Below, piece by piece: positions 24,934-35,571 of a DNA stretch of 64,000 nt (position 1 is the first letter of the stretch; every line of letters begins with the position of its first letter). The notes below the pieces were generated by a model that saw only the letters and a list, made by a program, of their open reading frames with translations, did not search any database and was not told the origin of the DNA. Origin of the DNA: Ferruginibacter sp. (GTDB taxonomy: Bacteria; Bacteroidota; Bacteroidia; Chitinophagales; Chitinophagaceae). The DNA is taken from assembly GCA_031398005.1 (NCBI GenBank), contig JANNMO010000013.1:29953-93952 (forward strand). Direction: 5' to 3'. Both the position numbers and the translations under genes were made by a program.

Positions 24934-26040
24934 ATGAGACAAGGCATTTTTGCTTTACTATCCTTTTTAATGTTGCTTTCTGCAAATGCTTTCTCGCAAT
25001 TCAGAAAATATTCCAACGAATTTTTAAACATTGGTGCCGGTGCAAGAGGCCTTGGTATGGGTAGTGCACAAGTAGCTTCAGTAAACGATGCTACCGCCGG
25101 TTATTGGAATCCTGCCGGGCTTACACAGGTAAAAGATAACCCTGCAGCTACTATAATGCATGCAGAGTATTTTGGTGGTATTGCAAAGTATGATTATGCG
25201 GCTGTGGCAGTGCCTATACAAGATAACAAACGCACAGTGGGTTTTTCATTGCTTCGTTTTGCGGTAGATGATATACCCAATACCTTGTTTTTGGTAGAGC
25301 CAGATGGCAGTGTGAATTATAACAATATTCAAACTTTTTCATCTGCAGATTATGCTTTTTTAATGTCGGTATCTCAAACCGTAAAAGAAACAGATAACTA
25401 CAAGTTAAGTGCAGGATTAAATGCTAAAGTTATTTATAGAAAAGTGGGAAAATTTGCCAATGCCTGGGGTTTTGGTTTAGATGCAGGTGTGCAAATGAGG
25501 GGAGAAAAATGGAGTGTTGGTTTAGTAGCAAAAGATGTAACTACCACCTTTAATGCGTGGAGTTTTAAATTTACCGATAGAGAAAAAGAAGCGCTTTATT
25601 TAACCAAAAATGATATACCGGTAAAATCTACTGAAATTACAGCACCCCGAGTAACCTTTGGTGGTGCGTATACATTTGACATTGGCAGTAACTTTAAACT
25701 ACAAACAGAAGCCAATGTAGATCTCACATTTGATGGTAAAAGAAATACAGTTTTAAGTGGTAATACAGTAAGTATAGATCCGCATCTTGGTTTGGAAGCC
25801 GCCGTAAAAGAAGTTTTTTTTGTAAGAGCAGGTATTACCAATTTTCAACAGGCATTGTCAGATGGTGATACGCTTAATCAAAAAAAGGTATGGATTTATC
25901 AGCCAAGTTTAGGTGCAGGCTTTAAAATAAAAAATGTAAACATAGATTATGCGTTTACAAATCTTGCCAATCAAAATAACCCTTTATACACGCATGTTGT
26001 TTCTCTCCGCATAAATTTTGGAAAGAAAAATGATGAATAA
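24934..26040 (+). CDS. porV: PorV/PorQ-family T9SS outer-membrane beta-barrel (PorV-like)
   Basis: Signal peptide, then FLNIGAGARGLGMGSAQVASVNDATAGYWNPAGL, the family signature. Beta-barrel-like alternation to a C-terminal aromatic residue. 22 nt upstream of a C25 peptidase. Confidence 0.65.
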   Translation: MRQGIFALLSFLMLLSANAFSQFRKYSNEFLNIGAGARGLGMGSAQVASVNDATAGYWNPAGLTQVKDNPAATIMHAEYFGGIAKYDYAAVAVPIQDNKRTVGFSLLRFAVDDIPNTLFLVEPDGSVNYNNIQTFSSADYAFLMSVSQTVKETDNYKLSAGLNAKVIYRKVGKFANAWGFGLDAGVQMRGEKWSVGLVAKDVTTTFNAWSFKFTDREKEALYLTKNDIPVKSTEITAPRVTFGGAYTFDIGSNFKLQTEANVDLTFDGKRNTVLSGNTVSIDPHLGLEAAVKEVFFVRAGITNFQQALSDGDTLNQKKVWIYQPSLGAGFKIKNVNIDYAFTNLANQNNPLYTHVVSLRINFGKKNDE

Positions 26041-26062
26041 ATAATTTACAAATACACTTGTC

Positions 26063-29000
26063 ATGATGAAAAAGTTACTACTTCCGTTTATGTTTTTTTG
26101 TGCGTTTTCTGCTACTGCACAGTTAAATAATAGTTGGATAGATTACAGCAAAACCTATTATAAATTTAAACTGGTGGCTGATAATATTGCTCGTATACCA
26201 CAGAGTGCTCTGGCAAGTGCAGGTTTAGCTACAGCCAATGCAGATCATTTTCAGTTATGGAAAAACGGGCAGCAGGTAAGGTTATTTACTTCTTTAACAG
26301 GTGCACCTTTGGGCAGCAGCGATTTTATTGAGTTTTTTGGAGAAATGAATGATGGAAAACCTGATGCACAATTATACAAAGAACCACAATTTCAACTGGC
26401 AGACAGGTACAGTTTGGAAACAGATACGGCTACCTATTTTCTTACCGTAAACCCTGCAGGCGGTAACCTTCGTTACATTACTGCAGCAAATGCTTCGCCA
26501 AGTACGGCTACGCCCGATGCATTTTTTATGCGTAAAATAGATATGTTTTACAGATCGGTGTTAAACAGAGGTAATGCAAAAGATCTAGGTGAATATGTTT
26601 ATTCATCTGCTTATGACAATGGAGAGGGTTATACTACTCCAGAATTCGCTTCAGAAATAAATAACGGAACATATGTTTTAGGTGTTTTCACAGAAAATTT
26701 AACTAATCTAAATGTTTACACGTCCGGTCCTACAAACAGTCTTTCAGTAAGAGCTAAATTATTCTCGAATACTGATAATGTTACAAGAACGATGACTTTA
26801 AAAGTTTTTAATAATACTGTTGGAACCCCACAAGTAAGAAGCAATACAGAGGAAACAATTTTCAATGTAACCAATCAACCTTTAAGTTATCTTCAGAATT
26901 CATCCTCAGCCCAAATTTCGATATCACATAGCAATGTCTCCAATCAAACAGTTAGAGATAGATCTGTCGTGGCTTCAGTTGGTATAACTTATCCTGCTAC
27001 TTTCAATTTTAATAATCAAAAATCTTTCTATTTTGAATTAGCACCATCTACCGGTAATTATTTGGTGATAGATAATTTTAATTATGGTACTACTGCTCCC
27101 GTTTTATATGATATGAATAATGGGAGAAGATTTGTAGGTGATATTACCTCAACCCCCGGTAAAGTAAAATTTGTTTTACCTGCATCAGCAGATCCGGTAA
27201 GAAAATACATGTTGAATAATGTAGAAACGGCAAACATTACAACCGTAAACAATTTAACCACTAAAACATTTATTGATTATAATACTGCTGCAACAAGAGG
27301 AGATTATATCATCATCAGCAATCCTGTTTTATACAACGATGGAGCAGGTGTAAACAATGTAGAATTATATCGTGCATATAGAAGCACCACAAATGGTGGT
27401 GGCTTTAATGCAAAAGTGTATGATATAAATGAATTGACAGACCAGTTTGGTTTTGGTATAAAATCTCATCCTGGTTCTATAAGAGATTTTGTACGTTTTA
27501 TGGATGTTCAATATCCTGTAAAACCAAAATTTATTTTTATCATTGGTAGAGGAGTTACTTACCAGGGCAAAAGACCAAATGAAGCAAACCCAATAGCAGC
27601 ACAACTCGATTTAGTGGGTACTTTCGGTTGGCCGGCATCTGATGTATTATTGGTAGCAAAACCCGGTACTGCAACTCCCATTACACCCGTTGGAAGATTG
27701 GGTGCTATAAACGGTGCAGAAGTAGGTATTTACTACCAAAAAATGTTACAGTATGAGCAGGCTCAAAGATTTCAGAGCCCATTATTGGCCGATAAAGCAT
27801 GGATGAAAAATATGCTTCATATTGTTGGAGGAAAAGATGCGGGAGAAGCTCAACAGCTTGGAAATAATTTAGATCAGTGTAGCGTAATTGCACAAGATAC
27901 TTTACTAGGTGCTAATGTAGAGACTTTTAGAAAAACATCTGTAGCTACCGTACAACAGGCAAGTAGTGTTAGAATTAGTGAACTTTTCCAAGAAGGATTA
28001 AGTTTCATTGGTTATTTTGGACATTCCTCAGCTAATACATTTGAGTTTAATATTAGTGCTCCTGAAAATTATAACAATGCTGGTAAATATCCTTTCTTTA
28101 ATGTAAGTGGTTGTACAGCCGGTGATTTTTATAATTTCAATCCGGCCCGTATAACAACTGGTACTACTTTATCTGAACGCTATATTTTTGCCAACCAACG
28201 AGGCAGTATTGGTTTTTTAGCCAATACTCATTTTGGAATTCCATTTGCATTGCATAACTATAATCTAAGATTGTACGAAAATTTTTCAAAATTAATGTAT
28301 GGCAAATCTATTGGTGAACAAATAAAAGAAGTAAGTGTACATTTAGATGGAACAAACCCGGCCTTAGATTATTATACAAGAATACATTTAGAAGAAATAA
28401 ACTTAAATGGTGACCCCGCTATAAAAATAAATGCTTTTCCAAAAGCCGATTATGTAATTGAAGACCCTTCAGTAGTAATATCGCCAAACATTGTAACGGT
28501 AGCAGATCCCTTTTTTAATGTAAAGGTAAATATGAAGAATATTGGCAGGGCCGTAGGAGATTCTATAAGGGTTTCTGTAAAAAGATTGTTGCCAAACAGC
28601 ACTACAGCGGTTACCATAAAAGATACTTTGATTAGAGGAATTAGATATGAGGATAGTTTGAATTTAAATATTCCAATAAACCCAGCCACGGATAACGGTT
28701 TAAACAAAATAACTGTAGAGCTAGACTGGACAAACAAAGTAGCAGAGTTGTATGAAACCAATAATAAAATAACAAAAGATGTTTTCATTTTTGAAAATAC
28801 CTTAAATCCGGTGTATCCATACAATTTCTCTATTGTAAACAATCAAAATATAACTTTCTCTGCCAGTACTGCTAACCCATTAATTGGAATGAGCAATTAT
28901 GTGATGGAGATTGATACAACTGAATTGTTTAATTCAGCATTTAAGAAAACGTATAATACTTCAAGCCTTGGAGGAGTTATACAATTTACGCCTACCAATA

Positions 29001-31150
29001 TTACTCTTACAGATAGCACGGTTTTTTATTGGAGAACGGCGGTTGTACCAACTACAGGAAATACTATATGGAATAATTTTTCTTTTGTGTATTTGCCGGC
29101 TAGCGGCCCGGGTTTTAACCAGTCGCATTATTTTCAGTTTTTAAAAAATAGATATAATGGAATAGAATTGGCTGCAAACAGAAGATTTAAATTTGCACCG
29201 CAAAATTTTGACTTTCTGGTTTCCACTACCATATTTCCAACTTCCAGCCAACGTGCAGATTATGCTATTTCTGTTGGAGGATTCGCAATTCAAGAAGGAT
29301 TTACATCTCCGTTGGCTACAAACTCAAATGCTTTGAGATTTTATGTGATAGATTCTGTAACATCCAATTTATGGAGCAACCAAAATGTTGGATCTACAGG
29401 TCAATACGATAGTTATGCTCCGTTTCCTGGAATTGGTGGAGTTAATTCAGCATTTTATCAATTTGATATTTCTACTGCAGCAAAAAGACAAATAGTAAAA
29501 CAGTTTTTAGACATTATACCCAATGGAAATTCAATTGTAATGGCTAATGGAGGATTAGGTATAAATGCATTCTTACCAGCTATTTGGGCTACAGACCCTG
29601 GAGCCAATTTATATCTTACATTAAAAGGGTTGGGTTTTGCTGATATAGACCAAATAACATCTAATGTGCCTTTTGTTTTTATTGGAAAAAAAGGTAGTTC
29701 AGTTTCTATTTCACAAAATGTAGGCCTTCTACCTACCGATAAACTTTATATTCCGTATGCATTTCAAGGCTTGGCATTAAGAGGACAAATAGAGTCGGTA
29801 GTGTTTGGTCCTGCCAAAAAATGGAAAGAATTACACTGGAAAGGAACAAAATTAGAAACTGCAAATAATGATAAAACTGCTGTTCAGGTTATTGGCTTAA
29901 ATATAAATGGAAGCCAAGATTTATTAGCAACTGTAAATCCTATAAGAGATACCATACTCACATGGATTAATGCTACAACCTACCCAAGACTTAAATTAAA
30001 AATGTTGAATGAAGATACCATTACAGCAACTCCTCATCAATTAAATTATTGGATGCTCAACGCTGATTACCTACCTGAAGGTGCAGTGGCTCCAAATATT
30101 AAATTTACTATTAAAGACACTGTTGAAATTGGAGAACCTATCAATTTTTCTGTAGCCTTTAAAAACATTAGCCAAGTACCTTTTGACAGTTTAATGAAGA
30201 TTGGTTTACAAATAAAAACAGCGAGCAATTTTGACAGCATCATTAATTTACCCAGAGGGAAAATATTAGTAGCGGGCGATACACTTGTGGCATCATATAC
30301 CATTCCATCTGAAAATTATCCGGGTAGAAATACTTTGTTGGTAGATTTTAATCCTAATAATGCACAGCCCGAACAAACTCATTTTAATAATATTCTTTAC
30401 AAAGATTTCTTTGTAAAATCTGATCCTTTCAATCCATTATTAGATGTAACGTTTGATGGTGTGCATATTTTGAGCAGAGATATTGTAGCATCAAAACCTG
30501 CGATATTAATAAAATTGAAAGATGAAAACAGGTTCCTTGCTTTAAAAGATACAGGCCTTATAAAAGTACAGTTAAGGTATCCTGACCAATCGCTACGCAC
30601 CTTCAGTTTTGGCGATACCATGCGTTTTAATCCTGCTAATTTATCATCAGGAGAAAATGCAGCTACCATTGATTTTAGACCATTCTTAACACAGGATGGA
30701 GAATATGAACTAATCGTTTCGGGTAAAGATGTAGCAGGTAATACTGCCGGAGCATTAAACTACCGAACTGTTTTTTCTGTGATTAACAAACCAATGATAA
30801 GCGATTTACTTAATTATCCAAATCCATTTACTACCTCTACAGCATTTGTATTTACACTTACAGGTAGCCAGGTGCCACAAAACTTGCGCATACAAGTGCT
30901 AACAATAACTGGTAAAGTTGTAAGAGAAATTACTAAGCAAGAGTTGGGTGCTTTACATGTGGGTAGAAATATTACAGAGTTTAAATGGGATGGTACAGAT
31001 ATGTATGGCCAAAAGTTGGCAAACGGTGTTTACATTTATCGAGTGATTACAAACTTAAATGGCAAATCGCTTGATAAGTACAAAGCAGATGGTGCTAATA
31101 CTGATAAATATTTTAATAAAGGTTATGGCAAAATGTATTTGATGAGATAA
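26063..31150 (+). CDS. porU: Very large C25 (gingipain-family) cysteine peptidase, PorU-like T9SS sortase candidate (1695 aa)
   Basis: Signal peptide. Catalytic-type His (IGYFGHSSANTFEF) and Cys (FFNVSGCTAGDFY). C-terminal FlgD-Ig/CTD-like domain (LLNYPNPFTTSTAFVFTL...NGVYIYRVI). Adjacent to the PorV-like gene. Confidence 0.65.
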   Translation: MMKKLLLPFMFFCAFSATAQLNNSWIDYSKTYYKFKLVADNIARIPQSALASAGLATANADHFQLWKNGQQVRLFTSLTGAPLGSSDFIEFFGEMNDGKPDAQLYKEPQFQLADRYSLETDTATYFLTVNPAGGNLRYITAANASPSTATPDAFFMRKIDMFYRSVLNRGNAKDLGEYVYSSAYDNGEGYTTPEFASEINNGTYVLGVFTENLTNLNVYTSGPTNSLSVRAKLFSNTDNVTRTMTLKVFNNTVGTPQVRSNTEETIFNVTNQPLSYLQNSSSAQISISHSNVSNQTVRDRSVVASVGITYPATFNFNNQKSFYFELAPSTGNYLVIDNFNYGTTAPVLYDMNNGRRFVGDITSTPGKVKFVLPASADPVRKYMLNNVETANITTVNNLTTKTFIDYNTAATRGDYIIISNPVLYNDGAGVNNVELYRAYRSTTNGGGFNAKVYDINELTDQFGFGIKSHPGSIRDFVRFMDVQYPVKPKFIFIIGRGVTYQGKRPNEANPIAAQLDLVGTFGWPASDVLLVAKPGTATPITPVGRLGAINGAEVGIYYQKMLQYEQAQRFQSPLLADKAWMKNMLHIVGGKDAGEAQQLGNNLDQCSVIAQDTLLGANVETFRKTSVATVQQASSVRISELFQEGLSFIGYFGHSSANTFEFNISAPENYNNAGKYPFFNVSGCTAGDFYNFNPARITTGTTLSERYIFANQRGSIGFLANTHFGIPFALHNYNLRLYENFSKLMYGKSIGEQIKEVSVHLDGTNPALDYYTRIHLEEINLNGDPAIKINAFPKADYVIEDPSVVISPNIVTVADPFFNVKVNMKNIGRAVGDSIRVSVKRLLPNSTTAVTIKDTLIRGIRYEDSLNLNIPINPATDNGLNKITVELDWTNKVAELYETNNKITKDVFIFENTLNPVYPYNFSIVNNQNITFSASTANPLIGMSNYVMEIDTTELFNSAFKKTYNTSSLGGVIQFTPTNITLTDSTVFYWRTAVVPTTGNTIWNNFSFVYLPASGPGFNQSHYFQFLKNRYNGIELAANRRFKFAPQNFDFLVSTTIFPTSSQRADYAISVGGFAIQEGFTSPLATNSNALRFYVIDSVTSNLWSNQNVGSTGQYDSYAPFPGIGGVNSAFYQFDISTAAKRQIVKQFLDIIPNGNSIVMANGGLGINAFLPAIWATDPGANLYLTLKGLGFADIDQITSNVPFVFIGKKGSSVSISQNVGLLPTDKLYIPYAFQGLALRGQIESVVFGPAKKWKELHWKGTKLETANNDKTAVQVIGLNINGSQDLLATVNPIRDTILTWINATTYPRLKLKMLNEDTITATPHQLNYWMLNADYLPEGAVAPNIKFTIKDTVEIGEPINFSVAFKNISQVPFDSLMKIGLQIKTASNFDSIINLPRGKILVAGDTLVASYTIPSENYPGRNTLLVDFNPNNAQPEQTHFNNILYKDFFVKSDPFNPLLDVTFDGVHILSRDIVASKPAILIKLKDENRFLALKDTGLIKVQLRYPDQSLRTFSFGDTMRFNPANLSSGENAATIDFRPFLTQDGEYELIVSGKDVAGNTAGALNYRTVFSVINKPMISDLLNYPNPFTTSTAFVFTLTGSQVPQNLRIQVLTITGKVVREITKQELGALHVGRNITEFKWDGTDMYGQKLANGVYIYRVITNLNGKSLDKYKADGANTDKYFNKGYGKMYLMR

Positions 31151-31231
31151 TAGCTTTCTGTGTAGGTTGACAACAATTAGATTTTTAAAAAAGCAAATTG
31201 TTGTAGATTGATTTTTAAAATAGTGATAAGA

Positions 31232-32356
31232 ATGAAAAATGCATTTCTATTCATTTTAATTTGCGTGTGTAAGTCTGCGTTGTCACAGGGTGTGCCGCCA
31301 CCTTTAGAAACAATTGGAAACCCATCAGTTTCAAGTTCAGTGAATTCATATAATGGGTGGACAAATCAAGGGGTACTACATTATACTGGCTCTGCAGAGG
31401 TACAAAATCTAAATCCATCAAATACGCTATCTTCTAGTGGTGGCGGAAATGTTTTTTTTACAAATACATTAGGCATTTTTTTGCAACTTGATAAATTTCC
31501 GACAGTTACCAACAATCCTAATGTTGTCACCTTAGGTTTTATGATGTTTGGTTATGATATTTTACAACCTAATAATTTAAATGAATTAAATGTTTTTGCA
31601 AGTGCTGATAGCGGAATAACTTGGACTTCTTTATCTTATTATAGATTTTTTCATCTTCTTCCATCGACGAATCCCCCGCTTCCCTGGGATTATTTTAGTT
31701 GTTCAATACCTGGAGTAATTGAAGTAAATAAACTACAAATAAAATTCGTGCAAAATTCTTCAACTAAAACTTTTAGAATTGATGATATCTCGATTGGGTA
31801 TATTTATTTATTAAATTTAAAGTGTACTAATTTTTCTGCAATTAATAATTTCGGAAAAACAAAATTAACATGGGTAGGAACCTCCACAAATGAAAATGAT
31901 TTATTCATACTCGAAAGAAGTTTTGATGGTATAAAATTTTCCTCGATAAGCCAACATTATACTAAAGGGAATGGTAGCTATAGCTATGAACTTTTCGATA
32001 ATAATTATCTAAAATGTTTTTATAGGTTAAAAATGAAAAATGAAAACAATAAAATCACCTATTCAAATATTATCTCATCTTCTCCTGAAAAAAAACCTTT
32101 TGTATTAATCAATTCTATACATCCCTTGCCTGCTAATAACAAATTTTATTTAGAAATTGATAATGCATTTAATGGTAACTTAAATTTTTCAATAGTTGAT
32201 ATCAATGGAAGAATAGTGCAATCTAAGAATTTGATTTTGAAGAAAGGAGTTGAAAAATATGAAGTAGATATTCAAGGTTTAAATTCAGGGATTTATTATC
32301 TCAAATACAATTTCTTAAATGTCAGCCACAGTAAAAAATTGATTGTGGTAAAATAA
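31232..32356 (+). CDS. T9SS C-terminal-sorting-domain protein (putative secreted substrate)
   Basis: Signal peptide MKNAFLFILICVCKSALSQ. C-terminal ~80 aa (IHPLPANNKFYLEI...FSIVDINGRIVQSKNL...LNSGIYYLKY...KKLIVVK) matches the type A T9SS CTD pattern. Confidence 0.65.
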   Translation: MKNAFLFILICVCKSALSQGVPPPLETIGNPSVSSSVNSYNGWTNQGVLHYTGSAEVQNLNPSNTLSSSGGGNVFFTNTLGIFLQLDKFPTVTNNPNVVTLGFMMFGYDILQPNNLNELNVFASADSGITWTSLSYYRFFHLLPSTNPPLPWDYFSCSIPGVIEVNKLQIKFVQNSSTKTFRIDDISIGYIYLLNLKCTNFSAINNFGKTKLTWVGTSTNENDLFILERSFDGIKFSSISQHYTKGNGSYSYELFDNNYLKCFYRLKMKNENNKITYSNIISSSPEKKPFVLINSIHPLPANNKFYLEIDNAFNGNLNFSIVDINGRIVQSKNLILKKGVEKYEVDIQGLNSGIYYLKYNFLNVSHSKKLIVVK

Positions 32357-32590
32357 TGAGCGTATTAACAAAGAATTTTCAATTTTTTTCAAAGATTGCC
32401 ATTAAGAGTCTAAATTGTATTCAAATTTCTGCCTCGTGTCTAACCATTCTTCACAGTCTATTCTTTTTTTAATCCCTTATATTGAAGGATAAAATATTTT
32501 CCGCATTTGCGTCACCTTTTAATTTAAGGAACCTGTATCATCTTCCCCAAAACTTTCCCAGCCTTTTTCAATACTTTTACAAAAAAACGA

Positions 32591-34465
32591 ATGGCTAAAA
32601 TAGGGATAAACATTGCTACCGGCAGTTTACAGAAAGAAGAAATTATTGTAGGAATAGATTTAGGTACCACCAATAGCCTTATAGCAATTATACACCCCGA
32701 CACAAGGCAAGCAGTGGCCTTAAAAGAACATGATAGCTCTTCATTGGTGCCTTCAATTGTTTACTTCGATAAAGCAGGCAATATTTTGGTGGGCAATGAA
32801 GCAAAAGAATTTTTAATAACCTCACCGGAACGAACTATTTTTTCTGCTAAAAGATTATTGGGTAAAAATTATGATGATATAAAAGCCAATGCATCTTTTT
32901 TCTCTTACAAAATTATTGACACCGATGCCGACAAACAGGTTCAAATTAAAATAGATGACCAGTTTTATTCCCCGGTAGATTTATCTGCACTTATATTGAA
33001 AGAACTGAAAAAAAGGGCAGAGCATATTCTTAAAACACCGGTAAACAAAGCAGTAATAACCGTACCTGCTTATTTTAATGATGCACAGCGGCAGGCAACC
33101 AGAGATGCAGGAAAACTTGCAGGCTTAGATGTATTGAGAATAATAAATGAACCTACAGCAGCCAGTCTTGCTTATGGATTAGGAGCCCCCTCTAACTCCC
33201 CCACAGGGGGGAAAGAAGAAATGGTAATTGCAGTATATGATTTGGGGGGTGGCACTTTTGATGTATCTATCTTAAAATTAAACAACGGAGTTTTTGAAGT
33301 ACTATCTACCAATGGTGATACTTACCTTGGCGGCGATGATTTTGACAATGCTATTGTGCAATATTGGAAAGATGAAAAATTTTTCACAGACGAAGAATTG
33401 TTAACCAATAAATCTCTTGCGCAGGAGTTGCGGTTGAAAGCCGAGGAAGCAAAAAAGTATCTCTCTACCAACGAAAATTTTACAGCCACCATACAGCATA
33501 AAGAGATAGCCATCAATAAAACCAAGTTTAATGAACTGGTAAAACCTTTTATTGATAGAACAATTGATAGCTGCAAAAAAGCGATGAAGGATGCTGAGCT
33601 TGCAAAAAATGATATAAATGAAATTATTATGGTGGGGGGAAGTACGAGGGTTCCGCTGGTAAATGAATTGGTCAGCAATTATTTTGGTAAGCAAGTAAAT
33701 AATACCGTAAATCCAGATGAAGTGGTGGCGTTGGGTGCGGCCATACAGGCAGATATTTTAGCAGGCAATAATAAAGACGTATTGCTGTTAGATATTACAC
33801 CGTTAAGTTTAGGAATTGAAACGGCAGGAGAATTAATGGATGTATTGATTCCCCGCAATGCAAAAATACCATCCAGCGCAGCCAGAGAATATACCACACA
33901 AATAGATGCACAGGTAAACATGCGAATAAGTGTGTACCAAGGGGAAAGAGATATTGTGAAAGACAATAGATTGCTGGCCACCTTAAACCTAAAAGGAATA
34001 CCGGCAATGCCCGCAGGTATGGCCAAGGTGCAGGTAAGTTTTTTAATAAATGCCGATGGAATATTAACCGTAAAAGCAAAAGAATTAAGAAGCGGAATTG
34101 AACAAAGTATAGAAATAAAACCTCAACTAGGAATTGATGATGAAACGGTAGAAAAAATGTTGCTTGATTCAATGGCAAATGCACAAAATGATATAGCTGC
34201 AAGGGCGCTGGCAGAAGCCAGTACAGAAGGGGAACAACTATTAAAAACTACGGAACGATTCCTACAAAAAAATGCTGCACTTTTAATAAACAATGAACTG
34301 GCAGATACTGCTGCGGCCATGCAGGCATTGCAAATGGCATTGACCATGGCAGATAAAAATTTAATACAAAGCAAAACAGAAATACTCAACGATATCTCCC
34401 GCCCTTATGCAGAAAGAATTATGAACAGTGCAGTAGGAGAGGCAATGAAAGGAAAAAATATTTAG
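32591..34465 (+). CDS. Hsp70 family chaperone (HscA-like)
   Basis: [60 protein letters not shown]. 624 aa. No hscB/iscU neighbours, so hscA is not asserted. Confidence 0.85.
   Translation: MAKIGINIATGSLQKEEIIVGIDLGTTNSLIAIIHPDTRQAVALKEHDSSSLVPSIVYFDKAGNILVGNEAKEFLITSPERTIFSAKRLLGKNYDDIKANASFFSYKIIDTDADKQVQIKIDDQFYSPVDLSALILKELKKRAEHILKTPVNKAVITVPAYFNDAQRQATRDAGKLAGLDVLRIINEPTAASLAYGLGAPSNSPTGGKEEMVIAVYDLGGGTFDVSILKLNNGVFEVLSTNGDTYLGGDDFDNAIVQYWKDEKFFTDEELLTNKSLAQELRLKAEEAKKYLSTNENFTATIQHKEIAINKTKFNELVKPFIDRTIDSCKKAMKDAELAKNDINEIIMVGGSTRVPLVNELVSNYFGKQVNNTVNPDEVVALGAAIQADILAGNNKDVLLLDITPLSLGIETAGELMDVLIPRNAKIPSSAAREYTTQIDAQVNMRISVYQGERDIVKDNRLLATLNLKGIPAMPAGMAKVQVSFLINADGILTVKAKELRSGIEQSIEIKPQLGIDDETVEKMLLDSMANAQNDIAARALAEASTEGEQLLKTTERFLQKNAALLINNELADTAAAMQALQMALTMADKNLIQSKTEILNDISRPYAERIMNSAVGEAMKGKNI
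33186..33212. repeat. G+C-rich hairpin module lying in frame inside the Hsp70 gene
   Basis: CCCCCTCTAACTCCCCCACAGGGGGGA encodes part of [13 protein letters not shown]. Same word family as 15465..15491 and 44883..44911. Confidence 0.65.
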
Positions 34466-34481
34466 ATCGAAAATTTTAATA

Positions 34482-35522
34482 ATGCTGTTTAAAGAGAGGC
34501 TAAATAATAATTATGATTTTTTAAGATTGTTTGCAGCTTTGTGTATTATATACACACATTCCTACGGGCTTGTCTCTAAATACAAAGAAGAGCCCTTAGT
34601 ACGTTTAACTAATAATCGGTTAGACTTTGCTTTTTTAGGATTGTCAATTTTCTTTTCGATTAGCGGATATCTTATTACAAAAAGTGCTCTCAATTCACCC
34701 TCTTTTAAAAATTATATTTGGAAACGTTTTTTGCGAATACAACCTATGCTTATTCTGGTTTGTTTTCTAAGCGTTTTCCTACTTGGGCCAATTTTTTCTA
34801 CTCTTCCTTTTAAAGAATATTTTAGCAACATTGGAACTTATACTTATTTTAGAAATATTATGCCACTCTTCGGAATACAATTTACACTGCCTCAGGTATT
34901 CACCAATAATATTGCAGAAAATGGAGTGAATGGCTCATTGTGGACATTGATAATTGAAGAAAGGCTTTATTTATTAATAGGAATACTCTTTTTATTTAAA
35001 AATTACAGTAAGCATTTTATGCTCGGCTTGATCTTAACTTTAAATATTTTATACTTTTTACATTTTATTGTTTTTGATGGTAGTTTAATAAAATATTTAA
35101 ATGGAGGTAATGTATTTTATGCTCTGATTTTTTTAAATTCATCTGCATATTATCTTTTAAAAACCCCATTTTTAAAATTATCGATCTCTTATTTATTTTA
35201 CACTTTTTTGATTTCTGTTTTGATTGTATCCTTTTACGTTATACCAGAAAAACCAATACAAGTATTACTTATTCCATTATTGGTTCTTGCATTTGCTCAT
35301 TTAAAAGGTATTACTAACAATACAGGCCAATACGGAGACTTTACCTATGGTATCTATGCCTTCTCATTTCCTATTCAGCAAATGTTAATCTCATATTCTT
35401 TGGATAATAATATACCTGGCAGGATTTTTTTTCTTACTTTAATTATTACATTCCCAATTGCTATTCTGACATGGCATCTAATAGAAAAAAGAATGGTTGA
35501 ATATAAAGAGTTACTACAATAA
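34482..35522 (+). CDS. Acyltransferase family 3 membrane protein
   Basis: 346 aa, polytopic. N-terminal DFLRLFAALCIIYTHSY and WTLIIEERLYL motifs typical of acyltransferase_3. Confidence 0.75.
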   Translation: MLFKERLNNNYDFLRLFAALCIIYTHSYGLVSKYKEEPLVRLTNNRLDFAFLGLSIFFSISGYLITKSALNSPSFKNYIWKRFLRIQPMLILVCFLSVFLLGPIFSTLPFKEYFSNIGTYTYFRNIMPLFGIQFTLPQVFTNNIAENGVNGSLWTLIIEERLYLLIGILFLFKNYSKHFMLGLILTLNILYFLHFIVFDGSLIKYLNGGNVFYALIFLNSSAYYLLKTPFLKLSISYLFYTFLISVLIVSFYVIPEKPIQVLLIPLLVLAFAHLKGITNNTGQYGDFTYGIYAFSFPIQQMLISYSLDNNIPGRIFFLTLIITFPIAILTWHLIEKRMVEYKELLQ

Positions 35523-35571
35523 TTCATTTATCTATTAAATTTAAAATTATGACTCACCAACATAAGTGTTC

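Noticed and set aside
33322-34389. Series of 88-135 aa antisense ORFs inside the Hsp70 gene
   Set aside because: They are typical antisense open frames of a codon-biased conserved gene, with no motifs and overlapping one another.
32591-34465. Calling the Hsp70 gene hscA as part of an ISC cluster
   Set aside because: There are no hscB, iscU, iscS or fdx neighbours, so only the family-level call (Hsp70, HscA-like) is justified.
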